DNA from: Eledone cirrhosa
Lineage: Eukaryota
Length of the DNA stretch: 64,000 bases
Direction: 5' to 3'
NCBI GenBank assembly: GCA_964016885.1
Contig: OZ024743.1
Location: forward strand, 142,600,001 to 142,664,000
The notes beneath the pieces are model-generated. The model ran no database searches. It was given only the letters and a program-made list of their open reading frames with translations, and was not told where the DNA came from. Shown one piece after another: positions 15,451 through 31,099 of the stretch (position 1 is its first letter; the number at the start of each line of letters is the position of its first letter). The translations under genes were made by a program, and so were the position numbers.

Positions 15451-18400
15451 CAAGCACCGAACACCAAGCACCAGGCACCAAACACCAAACACCAAGCACC
15501 AAGCACCAAACACCAAACACCAAGACCGAAGCACCAAACACCAAGCACCAAAGTCCAAACACAAAACACCTATCACCAAGCAGCAAGCACCAAACACCAA
15601 ACACCAAGCACCAAACACCAAACACCAAGCACCAAGCACCAAGCACCAAACTGCAAACACCAAGCACCAAGCACCAGCCACCAAGCACCAAGCACCAAAC
15701 ACCATACACCAAGCACTAAGCACCAAACACCAAACAACAAGCCCCAGGCACCAAGCACCAAACACCAAACACCAAGACCGAAGCACCAAACACCAAACAC
15801 CAAGCACCAAGAACCTAACATCAAACACCAATCACCAAGCACCAAACACCTAACACCAAGAACCAAGCACCAAGCACCAAGCACCAAACACCAAGCACCA
15901 AACACAAAGCACCAAGCGCCAAACACCAAGCACCAAGCACCAAACACCAAGCACCAATCACCAGACACCAAACCCAAAGCACCAAACACCAAACCCAAAG
16001 CACCAAGCACCAAACACTAATCACCAAGCACCAAGCACCAAACATCAAGCACCAAGCACCAAGCACCAGGCACCAAGCACCAAGCACCAAACACTAATCA
16101 CCAAGCACCAAACACCAAGCACCAAACACCAAGCACCAAGCACCAAGCGCCAAACACCAGGCCCCAAGTACCAGACACCAAACACCAAGCACCAAAGACC
16201 AAGCACCAAGCACCAAGCACCAAGCACCAAACAATAAGCACCAAGCACCAAGCACCAAGCACCAAGCACCAAACAATAAGCACCAAGCACCAAGCACCAA
16301 ACAGCAAACACCAACCACCCAGCACCAAGCACCAAGCACCAAACACCAAGCACCAAACAACAAGCACCAAGCACCAAGCACCAGGCACCAAGCACCAAGC
16401 ACCAAACACTAATCACCAAGCACCAAGCACCAAGCACCAAGCACCAAGCACCAAACACCAAGCACCAAGCACCAAGCGCCAAACACCAAGCACCAAGCAC
16501 CAAACACCAAACACCAAGCACCAAACACCAAGCCCCAAGCACTAAGCACCAAACACCAAACACCAAGCACCAAGCACCAAACACCAAGCACCAAACACCA
16601 AGCACCAAACACCAAACACTAAGTCCCACGCACCAAGCACCAAACACCAAACAGCAAGCACCAAGCACCAAACACCAAGCATCAAGCACCAAGCCCCTAG
16701 CACCAAACACCAAACGCCAAGCACCAAGCACAAAACACCATACAACAAGCACCAAGGACCAAACACCTAACATCAAGCACCAAGCACCAAGCACCAAGCA
16801 CCAATCACCAAACACCAAGCACCAAACACCAAGCACCAAGCACCAAGTACCAAACACCAAACACCAAACACCAAACACCAAACACCAAGCACCAAGCACC
16901 AGCCACCAAGCACCAAGCACCAAACACCAAACACCAAGCACTAAGCACCAAACACCAAACAACAAGCCCCAGGCACCAAGCACCAAACACCAAACACCAA
17001 GCACGCAGCACCAAACACCAAGCACCAAGCACCAAGCACCAAACACCAAGCACCAAGCACCAAGCACCAAACACCAAACATCAAACACCAAGCACCAAGA
17101 ACCAAACACCAAACAGCAAGCACCAAGCACCAAACACCAAGCACCAAACACCAAACCCCAAGCACCAATCACCAAACACTAATCACCAAGCACCAAGCAC
17201 CAAACACCAAGCAACAAGCACCAAGCACCAAGCACGAAACACCAGGCACCAAGCACCAAGCACCAAACTCCAAACACCAAGCACCAAGCACCAGCCACCA
17301 AGCACCAAGCACCAAACACCAAACACTAAGCACCAAACACCAAACAACAAGCCCCAGGCACCAAGCACCAAACACCAAACACCAAGCACGCAGCACCAAA
17401 CACCAAGCACCAAGCACCAAGCACCAAACACCAAGCACCAAGCACCAAGCACCAAACACCAAACACCAAACACCAAGCACCAAGAACCAAACACCAAACA
17501 GCAAGCACCAAGCACCAAACACCAAGCACCAAACACCAAACCCCAAGCACCAATCACCAAACACTAATCACCAAGCACCAAGCACCAAACACCAAGCACC
17601 AAGCACCAAGCACCAAACACCAAACACCAAACACCAAGCACCAAGAACCAAACACCAAACACCAAACAGCAAGCACCAAGCACCAAGCACCAAGCACCAA
17701 GCACCAATCACCAAGCACCAAACACCAAGCACCAATCACGAAACACCAAACACCAAGCACCGAACACCAAGCACCAGGCACCAAACACCAAACACCAAGC
17801 ACCAAGCACCAAACACCAAACACCAAGACCGAAGCACCAAACACCAAGCACCAAAGTCCAAACACAAAACACCAATCACCAAGCAGCAAGCACCAAACAC
17901 CAAACACCAAGCACCAAATACCAAACACCAAGCACCAAGCACCAAGCACGAAACACCAGGCACCAAGCACCAAGCACCAAACTGCAAACACCAAGCACCA
18001 AGCACCAGCCACCAAGCACCAAGCACCAAACACCAAACACCAAGCACTAAGCACCAAACACCAAACACCAAGACCGAAGCACCAAACACCAAGCACCAAA
18101 CTCCAAACACAAAACACCAAGCACCAAGCAGCAAGCACCAAACACCAAACACCAAGCACCAAGCACCAAACACCAAACACCAAGCACCAAGAACCTAACA
18201 TCAAACACCAATCACCAAGCACCAAACACCTAACACCAAGAACCAAGCACCAAGCACCAAGCACCAAGCACCAAGCACCAAGCACCAAGCACCGAACACC
18301 AAGCACCAAACAACAAGCACCAAACATCAAGCACCAAACACCAAACACCAAGCACCCGGCACCAAGCACCAAACACCAAGCACCAAACACCAAGCACCAA

Positions 18401-21400
18401 ACACCAAGTCCCACGCACCAAGCACCAAACACCAAACACCAAGCACCAAGCACCAAACACGAAACACCAAGCACCAAGCCCCTAGCACCAAACACCAAGC
18501 AGCAAGCAGCAAGCACCAAACACCAAACACCAAGCACCAAGCACCAAACACCAAACACCAAGCACCAAGCACAAAATACCAAACACCAAGCACAATGGAC
18601 CAAACATCAAACACCAAGCACCAAGCACCAAACGCCTAACACCAAGCACCAAGCACCAAGCACCAAGCACCAAACACCAAGCACCAATCACCAAACACCA
18701 AACATCAAGCACCGAACACCAAGCACCAGGCACCAAACACCAAACACCAAGCACCAAGCACCAAACACCAAACACCAAGACCGAAGCACCAAACACCAAG
18801 CACCAAAGTCCAAACACAAAACACCAATTACCAAGCAGCAAGCACCAAACACCAAACACCAAGCACCAAACACCAAACACCAAGCACCAAGCACCAAGCA
18901 CGAAACACCAAACCCCAAGCACCAAACACCAAACCGCAAGCACCAAGCACCAAACACTAATCACCAAGTACCAAGCACCAAACACAAAACACCAAGCACC
19001 AAGCACCAAGCACCAAACACCAAGCACCAAGCACCAAGCACCAAACACCAAATACCAAACACCAAGCACCAAGAACCAAACACCAAACACCAAACAGCTA
19101 GCACCAAGCACCAAACACCAAGCACCAAACACCAAACCCCAAGCACCAAACACCAAGCACCAAGCACCAAGCACCAAACACCAAACACCAAACACCAAGC
19201 ACCAAGAACCAAACACCAAACACCAAACAGCAAGCACCAAGCACCAAGCACCAAGCACCAAGGACCAAACACCAAGCACCAAGCACGAAGCACCAAACAC
19301 CAAGCACCAAGCACCAAACACCCAGCACCAAACACCAAACAGCAAGCACCAAGCACCAAACACCAAGCCCCAAACACCAAACCCCAAGCACCAATCACCA
19401 AACACTAATCACCAAGCACCAAGCACCAAACACCAAGCACCAAGCAGCAAGCACCAAACACCAGGCACCAAGCACCAAGCACCAAACACCAAGCACCAAG
19501 CACCAAACACCAAAACCCAAGCACCAAAGACCAAGCACCAAGCACCAAGGACCAAACACCAAGCACCAAGCACCAAGCACCAAACACCAAGCACCAAGCA
19601 CCAAACACCCAGCACCAAGCACCAAGCACCAAACACCAAGCACCAAACACCAAACACCAAGCACCAAGCACCAAACAGCAAGCACCAAACACCAAGCACC
19701 AAGCACCAAGCACCAAACACCAAGCACCAAGCACCAAGCACACAACACCAAACACCAAGCACCAAGGACCAAACATCAAACACCAAGCACCAAGCACCAA
19801 ACACCAAACACCAAGCACCAAGCACCAAGCACCAAGCACCGAACACCAAGCACCAAACAACAAGCACCAAACATCAAGCACCAAACACCAAACACCAAGC
19901 ACCCGGCACCAAGCACCAAACACCAAGCACCAAACACCAAGCACCAAACACCAAGTCCCACGCACCAAGCACCAAACACCAAACACCAAGCACCAAGCAC
20001 CAAACACGAAACACCAAGCACCAAGCCCCTAGCACCAAACACCAAGCAGCAAGCAGCAAGCACCAAACACCAAACACCAAGCACCAAGCACCAAACACCA
20101 AACACCAAGCACCAAGCACAAAATACCAAACACCAAGCACAATGGACCAAACATCAAACACCAAGCACCAAGCACCAAACGCCTAACACCAAGCACCAAG
20201 CACCAAGCACCAAGCACCAAACACCAAGCACCAATCACCAAACACCAAACATCAAGCACCGAACACCAAGCACCAGGCACCAAACACCAAACACCAAGCA
20301 CCAAGCACCAAACACCAAACACCAAGACCGAAGCACCAAACACCAAGCACCAAAGTCCAAACACAAAACACCAATCACCAAGCAGCAAGCACCAAACACC
20401 AAACACCAAGCACCAAACACCAAACACCAAGCACCAAGCACCAAGCACCAAACTGCAAACACCAAGCACCAAGCACCAGCCACCAAGCACCAAGCACCAA
20501 ACACCAAACACCAAGCACTAAGCACCAAACACCAAACAACAAGCCCCAGGCACCAAGCACCAAACACCAAACACCAAGACCGAAGCACCAAACACCAAAC
20601 ACCAAGCACCAAGAACCTAACATCAAACACCAATCACCAAGCACCAAACACCTAACACCAAGAACCAAGCACCAAGCACCAAGCACCAAACACCAAGCAC
20701 CAAACACAAAGCACCAAGCGCCAAACACCAAGCACCAAGCACCAAACACCAAGCACCAATCACCAAACACCAAACCCAAAGCACCAAACACCAAACCCAA
20801 AGCACCAAGCACCAAACACTAATCACCAAGCACCAAGCACCAAACATCAAGCACCAAGCACCAAGCACCAGGCACCAAGCACCAAGCACCAAACACTAAT
20901 CACCAAGCACCAAACACCAAGCACCAAACACCAAGCACCAAGCACCAAGCGCCAAACACCAGGCCCCAAGTACCAAACACCAAACACCAAGCACCAAAGA
21001 CCAAGCACCAAGCACCAAGCACCAAGCACCAAACAATAAGCACCAAGCACCAAGCACCAAACAGCAAACACCAACCACCCAGCACCAAGCACCAAGCACC
21101 AAACACCAAGCACCAAACAACAAGCACCAAGCACCAAGCACCAGGCACCAAGCACCAAGCACCAAACACTAATCACCAAGCACCAAGCACCAAGCACCAA
21201 GCACCAAGCACCAAACACCAAGCACCAAGCACCAAGCGCCAAACACCAAGCACCAAGCACCAAACACCAAACACCAAGCACCAAACACCAAGCCCCAAGC
21301 ACTAAGCACCAAACACCAAACACCAAGCACCAAGCACCAAACACCAAGCACCAAACACCAAGCACCAAACACCAAACACTAAGTCCCACGCACCAAGCAC

Positions 21401-23000
21401 CAAACACCAAACAGCAAGCACCAAGCACCAAACACCAAGCATCAAGCACCAAGCCCCTAGCACCAAACACCAAACGCCAAGCACCAAGCACAAAACACCA
21501 TACAACAAGCACCAAGGACCAAACACCTAACATCAAGCACCAAGCACCAAGCACCAAGCACCAATCACCAAACACCAAGCACCAAACACCAAGCACCAAG
21601 CACCAAGTACCAAACACCAAACACCAAACACCAAACACCAAACACCAAGCACCAAGCACCAGCCACCAAGCACCAAGCACCAAACACCAAACACCAAGCA
21701 CTAAGCACCAAACACCAAACAACAAGCCCCAGGCACCAAGCACCAAACACCAAACACCAAGCACGCAGCACCAAACACCAAGCACCAAGCACCAAGCACC
21801 AAACACCAAGCACCAAGCACCAAGCACCAAACACCAAACATCAAACACCAAGCACCAAGAACCAAACACCAAACAGCAAGCACCAAGCACCAAACACCAA
21901 GCACCAAACACCAAACCCCAAGCACCAATCACCAAACACTAATCACCAAGCACCAAGCACCAAACACCAAGCAACAAGCACCAAGCACCAAGCACGAAAC
22001 ACCAGGCACCAAGCACCAAGCACCAAACTCCAAACACCAAGCACCAAGCACCAGCCACCAAGCACCAAGCACCAAACACCAAACACTAAGCACCAAACAC
22101 CAAACAACAAGCCCCAGGCACCAAGCACCAAATACCAAACACCAAGCACGCAGCACCAAACACCAAGCACCAAGCACCAAGCACCAAACACCAAGCACCA
22201 AGCACCAAGCACCAAACACCAAACACCAAACACCAAGCACCAAGAACCAAACACCAAACAGCAAGCACCAAGCACCAAACACCAAGCACCAAACACCAAA
22301 CCCCAAGCACCAATCACCAAACACTAATCACCAAGCACCAAGCACCAAACACCAAGCACCAAGCACCAAGCACCAAACACCAAACACCAAACACCAAGCA
22401 CCAAGAACCAAACACCAAACACCAAACAGCAAGCACCAAGCACCAAGCACCAAGCACCAAGCACCAATCACCAAGCACCAAACACCAAGCACCAATCACG
22501 AAACACCAAACACCAAGCACCGAACACCAAGCACCAGGCACCAAACACCAAACACCAAGCACCAAGCACCAAACACCAAACACCAAGACCGAAGCACCAA
22601 ACACCAAGCACCAAAGTCCACACACAAAACGCCAATCACCAAGCAGCAAGCACCAAACACCAAACACCAAGCACCAAACACCAAACACCAAGCACCAAGC
22701 ACCAAGCACGAAACACCAGGCACCAAGCACCAAGCACCAAACTGCAAACACCAAGCACCAAGCACCAGCCACCAAGCACCAAGCACCAAACACCAAACAC
22801 CAAGCACTAAGCACCAAACACCAAACACCAAGACCGAAGCACCAAACACCAAGCACCAAACTCCAAACACAAAACACCAAGCACCAAGCAGCAAGCACCA
22901 AACACCAAACACCAAGCACCAAGCACCAAACACCAAACACCAAGCACCAAGAACCTAACATCAAACACCAATCACCAAGCACCAAACACCTAACACCAAG
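14050..23000 (+). repeat. Tandem higher-order duplication, ~4.8 kb period (~14050-18240 vs ~18840-23000)
   Basis: Offsets are 4788, 4802 and 4760, all multiples of 7: ORF-track 14173/18961, 15227/20029, 16409/21169 and 17169/21929. The landmark order is identical (tcccacg 16624/21384, cactaat 17177/21937 and 17562/22322). Confidence 0.9.
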
Positions 23001-26000
23001 AACCAAGCACCAAGCACCAAGCACCAAACACCAAGCACCAAACACAAAGCACCAAGCGCCAAACACCAAGCACCAAGAACAAAACACCAAGCACCAAGCA
23101 CCAAACACCAAACCCCAAGCACCAAACACCAAACCCAAAGCACCAAGCACCAAACACTAATCACCAAGCACCAAGCACCAAACATCAAGCACCAAGCACC
23201 AAGCACCAGGCACCAAGCACCAAGCACCAAACACTAATCACCAAGCACCAAACACCAAGCACCAAACACCAAGCACCAAGCACCAAGCGCCAAACACCAG
23301 GCCCCAAGTACCAAACACCAAACACCAAGCACCAAAGACCAAACACCAAGCACCAAGCACCAACCACCAAACAATAAGCACCAAGCACCAAGCACCAAAC
23401 ACCAAACACCAACCACCCAGCACCAAGCACCAAGCACCAAACACCAAGCACCAAACAACAAGCACCAAGCACCAAGCACCAGGCACCAAGCACCAAGCAC
23501 CAAACACTAATCACCAAGCACCAAGCACCAAGCACCAAGCACCAAACACCAAGCACCAAGCACCAAGCGCCAAGCACCAATCACCAAACACTAATCACCA
23601 AGCACCAAGCACCAAACACCAAGCACCAAGCACCAAGCACCAAACACCAAACACCAAACACCAAGCACCAAGAACCAAACACCAAACACCAAACAGCAAG
23701 CACCAAGCACCAAGCACCAAGCACCAAACACCAAACACCAAGCACTAAGCACCAAACACCAAACAACAAGCCCCAGGCACCAAGCACCAAACACCAAACA
23801 CCAAGCACGCAGCACCAAACACCAAGCACCAAGCACCAAGCACCAAACACCAAGCACCAAGCACCAAGCACCAAACACCAAACACCAAACACCAAGCACC
23901 AAGAACCAAACACCAAACAGCAAGCACCAAGCACCAAACACCAAGCACCAAACACCAAACCCCAAGCACCAATCACCAAACACTAATCACCAAGCACCAA
24001 GCACCAAACACCAAGCACCAAGCACCAAGCACCAAACACCAAACACCAAACACCAAGCACCAAGAACCAAACACCAAACACCAAACAGCAAGCACCAAGC
24101 ACCAAGCACCAAGCACCAAGGACCAAACATCAAGCACCAAACACCAGATACCAACCACCAAGCACCAAACGCCAAACACCAAACACCAAGCACCAAGCAC
24201 CAAACACCAAACAACAAGCACCAGGCACCAAGCTCCAAATACCAAACACCAAGCACCAAGCACCAAACACCAAACACCAAGCACGCAGCATCAAACACCA
24301 AGCACCAAACACCAAGCACCAAGCACCAAGCACCAAGTATCAAACACCAAACACCAAGCACCAAACACCAGACACCAAGCACCAAGCACCAAGCACGAAA
24401 CACCAGGCACTAAGCACCAAACACCAAACTCCAAACACCAAGCACCAAACACCAGCCACCAAGCACCAAGCACCAAACACCAAACACCAACCACTAAGCA
24501 CCAAACACCAAACAACAAGCACCAGGCACCAAGCACCAAACACCAAACACCAAACACCAAGCACCAAGAACCAAACACCAAACAGCAAGCACCAAGCACC
24601 AAACACCAAGCACCAAACACCAAACCCCAAGCACCAATCACCAAACACTAATCACCAAGCACCAAGCACCAAACACCAAGCACCAAGCACCAAGCACCAA
24701 ACACCAAACACCAAACACCAAGCACCAAGCACCAAACACCAAGCACCAAGCACCAAGTACCAAACACCAAACACCAAGCACCAAACACCAGACACCAAGC
24801 ACCAAGCACCAAGCACGAAACACCAGGCACCAAACACCAAACACCAAACTCCAAACACCAAGCACCAAACACCAGCCACCAAGCACCAAGCACCAAACAC
24901 CAAACACCAACCACTAAGCACCAAACACCAAACAACAAGCACCAGGCACCAAGCACAAAGCACCAAACTCCAAACACCAAGCACCAAGCACCAAACTCCA
25001 AGCACCAAGCACCAAACACCAAACCCCATGCACCAAACACCAAACACCAAGCACCAAGCACCAAACACCAAGCACCAAGCAGCAAGCACCAAGCACCAAA
25101 CACCAAACCCCAAGCACCAAACACCAAACCGCAAGCACCAAGCACCAAACACTAATCACCAAGTACCAAGCACCAAACACAAAACACCAAGCACCAAGCA
25201 CCAAGCACCAAACACCAAGCACCAAGCACCAAGCACCAAACACCAAATACCAAACACCAAGCACCAAGAACCAAACACCAAACACCAAACAGCAAGCACC
25301 AAGCACCAAACACCAAGCACCAAACACCAAACCCCAAGCACCAAACACCAAGCACCAAGCACCAAGCACCAAACACCAAATACCAAACACCAAGCACCAA
25401 GAACCAAACACCAAACACCAAACAGCAAGCACCAAGCACCAAGCACCAAGCACCAAGGACCAAACACCAAGCACCAAGCACCAAGCACCAAACACCAAGC
25501 ACCAAGCACCAAACACCCAGCACCAAACACCAAACAGCAAGCACCAAGCACCAAACACCAAGCCCCAAACACCAAACCCCAAGCACCAATCACCAAACAC
25601 TAATCACCAAGCACCAAGCACCAAACACCAAGCACCAAGCAGCAAGCACCAAACACCAGGCACCAAGCACCAAGCACCAAACACCAAGCACCAAGCACCA
25701 AACACCAAAACCCAAGCACCAAACACCAAGCACCAAGCACCAAGGACCAAACACCAAGCACCAAGCACCAAGCACCAAACACCAAGCACCAAGCACCAAA
25801 CACCCAGCACCAAGCACCAAGCACCAAACACCAAGCACCAAACACCAAACACCAAGCACCAAGCACCAAACAGCAAGCACCAAACACCAAACACCAAACA
25901 GCAAACACCAAACAGCAAACACCAACCACCAAACAGCAAACAGCAGACGCCAAACACCAAGCACCAAGCACCAAGCACCAAACACCAAGCACCAAGCACC

Positions 26001-29000
26001 AAGCACACAACACCAAACACCAAGCACCAAGGACCAAACATCAAACACCAAGCACCAAGCACCAAACACCAAACACCAAGCACCAAGCACCAAGCACCAA
26101 GCACCGAACACCAAGCACCAAACAACAAGCACCAAACATCAAGCACCAAACACCAAACACCAAGCACCCGGCACCAAGCACCAAACACCAAGCACCAAAC
26201 ACCAAGCACCAAACACCAAGTCCCACGCACCAAGCACCAAACACCAAACACCAAGCACCAAGCACCAAACACGAAACACCAAGCACCAAGCCCCTAGCAC
26301 CAAACACCAAGCAGCAAGCAGCAAGCACCAAACACCAAACACCAAGCACCAAGCACCAAACACCAAACACCAAGCACCAAGCACAAAATACCAAACACCA
26401 AGCACAATGGACCAAACATCAAACACCAAGCACCAAGCACCAAACGCCTAACACCAAGCACCAAGCACCAAGCACCAAACACCAAGCACCAATCACCAAA
26501 CACCAAACACCAAGCACCGAACACCAAGCACCAGGCACCAAACACCAAACACCAAGCACCAAGCACCAAACACCAAACACCAAGACCGAAGCACCAAACA
26601 CCAAGCACCAAAGTCCAAACACAAAACACCAATCACCAAGCAGCAAGCACCAAACACCAAACACCAAGCACCAAACACCAAACACCAAGCACCAAGCACC
26701 AAGCACGAAACACCAGGCACCAAGCACCAAGCACCAAACTGCAAACACCAAGCACCAAGCACCAGCCACCAAGCACCAAGCACCAAACACCAAACACCAA
26801 GCACTAAGCACCAAACACCAAACAACAAGCCCCAGGCACCAAGCACCAAACACCAAACACCAAGACCGAAGCACCAAACACCAAACACCAAGCACCAAGA
26901 ACCTAACATCAAACACCAATCACCAAGCACCAAACACCTAACACCAAGAACCAAGCACCAAGCACCAAGCACCAAACACCAAGCACCAAACACAAAGCAC
27001 CAAGCGCCAAACACCAAGCACCAAGCACCAAACACCAAGCACCAAGCACCAAACACCAAACCCCAAGCACCAAACACCAAACCCAAAGCACCAAGCACCA
27101 AACACTAATCACCAAGCACCAAGCACCAAACATCAAGCACCAAGCACCAAGCACCAGGCACCAAGCACCAAGCACCAAACACTAATCACCAAGCACCAAA
27201 CACCAAGCACCAAACACCAAGCACCAAGCACCAAGCGCCAAACACCAGGCCCCAAGTACCAAACACCAAACACCAAGCACCAAACACCAAGCACCAAGCA
27301 CCAAGCACCAAGCACCAAACAATAAGCACCAAGCACCAAGCACCAAACACCAAACACCAACCACCCAGCACCAAGCACCAAGCACCAAACACCAAGCACC
27401 AAACAACAAGCACCAAGCACCAAGCACCAGGCACCAAGCACCAAGCACCAAACACTAATCACCAAGCACCAAGCACCAAGCACCAAGCACCAAACACCAA
27501 GCACCAAGCACCAAGCGCCAAACACCAAGCACCAAGCACCAAACACCAAACACCAAGCACCAAACACCAAGCCCCAAGCACTAAGCACCAAACACCAAAC
27601 ATCAAGCACCAAGCACCAAACACCAAGCACCAAACACCAAGCACCAAACACCAAACACTAAGTCCCACGCACCAAGCACCAAACACCAAACAGCAAGCAC
27701 CAAGCAGCAAACACCAAGCATCAAGCACCAAGCCCCTAGCACCAAACACCAAACGCCAAGCACCAAGCACAAAACACCAAACAACAAGCACCAAGGACCA
27801 AACACCTAACACCAAGCACCAAGCACCAAGCACCAAGCACCAATCACCAAACACCAAGCACCAAACACCAAGCACCAAGCACCAAGTACCAAACACCAAA
27901 CACCAAACACCAAACACCAAACACCAAGCACCAAGCACCAAGCCCGAAACACCAGGCACCAAGCACCAAGCACCAAACTCCAAACACCAAGCACCAAGCA
28001 CCAGCCACCAAGCACCAAGCACCAAACACCAAACACCAAGCACTAAGCACCAAACACCAAACAACAAGCCCCAGGCACCAAGCACCAAACACCAAACACC
28101 AAGCACGCAGCACCAAACACCAAGCACCAAGCACCAAGCACCAAACACCAAGCACCAAGCACCAAGCACCAAACACCAAACACCAAACACCAAGCACCAA
28201 GAACCAAACACCAAACAGCAAGCACCAAGCACCAAACACGAAGCACCAAACACCAAACCCCAAGCACCAATCACCAAACACTAATCACCAAGCACCAAGC
28301 ACCAAACACCAAGCACCAAGCACCAAGCACCAAACACCAAACACCAAACACCAAGCACCAAGAACCAAACACCAAACACCAAACAGCAAGCACCAAGCAC
28401 CAAGCACCAAGCACCAAGCACCAAGCACCAAGCACCAAACACCAAGCACCAATCACCAAACACCAAACACCAAGCACCGAACACCAAACACCAGGCACCA
28501 AACACCAAACACCAAGCACCAAGCACCAAACACCAAACACCAAGACCGAAGCACCAAACACCAAGCACCAAAGTCCAAACACAAAACACCAATCACCAAG
28601 CAGCAAGCACCAAACACCAAACACCAAGCACCAAACACCAAACACCAAGCACCAAGCACCAAGCACGAAACACCAGGCACCAAGCACCAAGCACCAAACT
28701 GCAAACACCAAGCACCAAGCACCAGCCACCAAGCACCAAGCACCAAACACCAAACACCAAGCACTAAGCACCAAACACCAAGCAACAAGCCCCAGGCACC
28801 AAGCACCAAACATCAAACACCAAGACCGAAGCACCAAACATCAAGCAACAAACTCCAAACACAAAACACCAAGCACCAAGCAGCAAGCACCAAACACCAA
28901 ACACCAAGCACCAAGCACCAAACACCAAACACCAAGCACCAAGAACCTAACATCAAACACCAATCACCAAGCACCAAACACCTAACACCAAGAACCAAGC

Positions 29001-31099
29001 ACCAAGCACCAAGCACCAAACACCAAGCACCAAACACAAAGCACCAAGCGCCAAACACAACGCACCAAGCACCAAACACCAAGCACCAAGCACCAAACAC
29101 CAAACCCCAAGCACCAAACACCAAACCCAAAGCACCAAGCACCAAACACTAATCACCAAGCACCAAGCACCAAACATCAAGCACCAAGCACCAAGCACCA
29201 GGCACCAAGCACCAAGCACCAAACACCAAGAACCAAACACCAAACACCAAACAGCAAGCACCAAGCACCAAGCACCAACCAACAAACACCAAACACCAAG
29301 CACTAAGCACCAAACACCAAACAACAAGCCCCTGGCACCAAGCACCAGGCACCAAGCACCAAGCACCAAATACTAATCACCAAGCACCAAGCACCAAGCA
29401 CCAAGCACCAAGCACCAAACACCAAGCACCAAGCACCAAGCGCCAAGCACCAATCACCAAACACTAATCACCAAGCACCAAGCACCAAACACCAAGCACC
29501 AAGCACCAAGCACCAAACACCAAACACCAAACACCAAGCACCAAGAACCAAACACCAAACACCAAACAGCAAGCACCAAGCACCAAGCACCAACCAACAA
29601 ACACCAAACACCAAGCACTAAGCACCAAACACCAAACAACAAGCCCCTGGCACCAAGCACCAAACACCAAACACCAAGCACGCAGCACCAAACACCAAGC
29701 ACCAAGCACCAAGCACCAAACACCAAGCAACAAGCACCAAGCACCAAACACCAAACACCAAACACCAAGCACCAAGAACCAAACACCAAACAGCAAGCAC
29801 CAAGCACCAAACACCAAGCACCAATCACCAAACACTAATCACCAAGCACCAAGCACCAAACACCAAGCACCAAGCACCAAGCACCAAACACCAAACACCA
29901 AACACCAAGCACCAAGAACCAAACACCAAACACCAAACAGCAAGCACCAAGCACCAAGCACCAAGCACCAAGGACCAAACACCAGGCACCAAGCACCAAG
30001 CACCAAACACCAAGCACCAAGCACCAAACACCCAGCACCAAGCACCAAGCACCAAACACCAAGCACCAAGCACCAAACACCAAACACCAAACACCAAGCA
30101 CCAAGCACCAAACAGCAAGCACCAAACACCAAACACCAAACAACAAACACCAAACAGCAAACACCAAACACCAAACAGCAAACAGCAAACGCCAAACACC
30201 AAACACCAAGCACCAAGCACCAAACACCAAGCACCAAGCACCAAACACCAAGCACCAAGCACCAAGCACCAAACACCAAGCACCAAGCACCAAACACCAA
30301 ACCCCAAGCACCAAACACCAAACCGCAAGCACCAAGCACCAAACACTAATCACCAAGCACCAAACAACAAGCACCAAGCACCAAGCAGCAGGCACCAAGC
30401 ACCAAGCACCAAACACAAAACACCAAGCACCAAGCACCAAACAGCAAACACCAAGCATCAAACACCAAACACCAAACACCAAGCACCAAACACCAAGCAC
30501 CAAGCACCAAACACCTAACACCAAGCACCAAGCACCAAACACCAAACATCAAGCACCAAACACCAGATACCAACCACCAAGCACCAAACGCCAAAGACCA
30601 AAGACCAAGCACCAAGCACCAAACACCAAACAACAAGCACCAGGCACCAAGCTCCAAATACCAAACACCAAGCACCAAGCACCAAACACCAAACACCAAG
30701 CACGCAGCATCAAACACCAAGCACCAAACACCAAGCACCAAGCACCAAGCACCAAGTACCAAACACCAAACACCAAGCACCAAACACTAGACACCAAGCA
30801 CCAAGCACCAAGCACGAAACACCAGCCACCAAGCACCAAGCAGCAAGCAGCAAGCACCAAACACCAAACACCAAGCACCAAGCACCAAACACCAAACACC
30901 AAGCACCAAGCACAAAATACCAAACACCAAGCACAATGGACCAAACATCAAACACCAAGCACCAAGTACCAAACGCCTAACACCAAGCACCAAGCACCAA
31001 GCACCAAGCACCAAACACCAAGCACCAATCACCAAACACCAAACACCAAGCACCGAACACCAAGCACCAGGCACCAAACACCAAACACCAAGCACCAAG

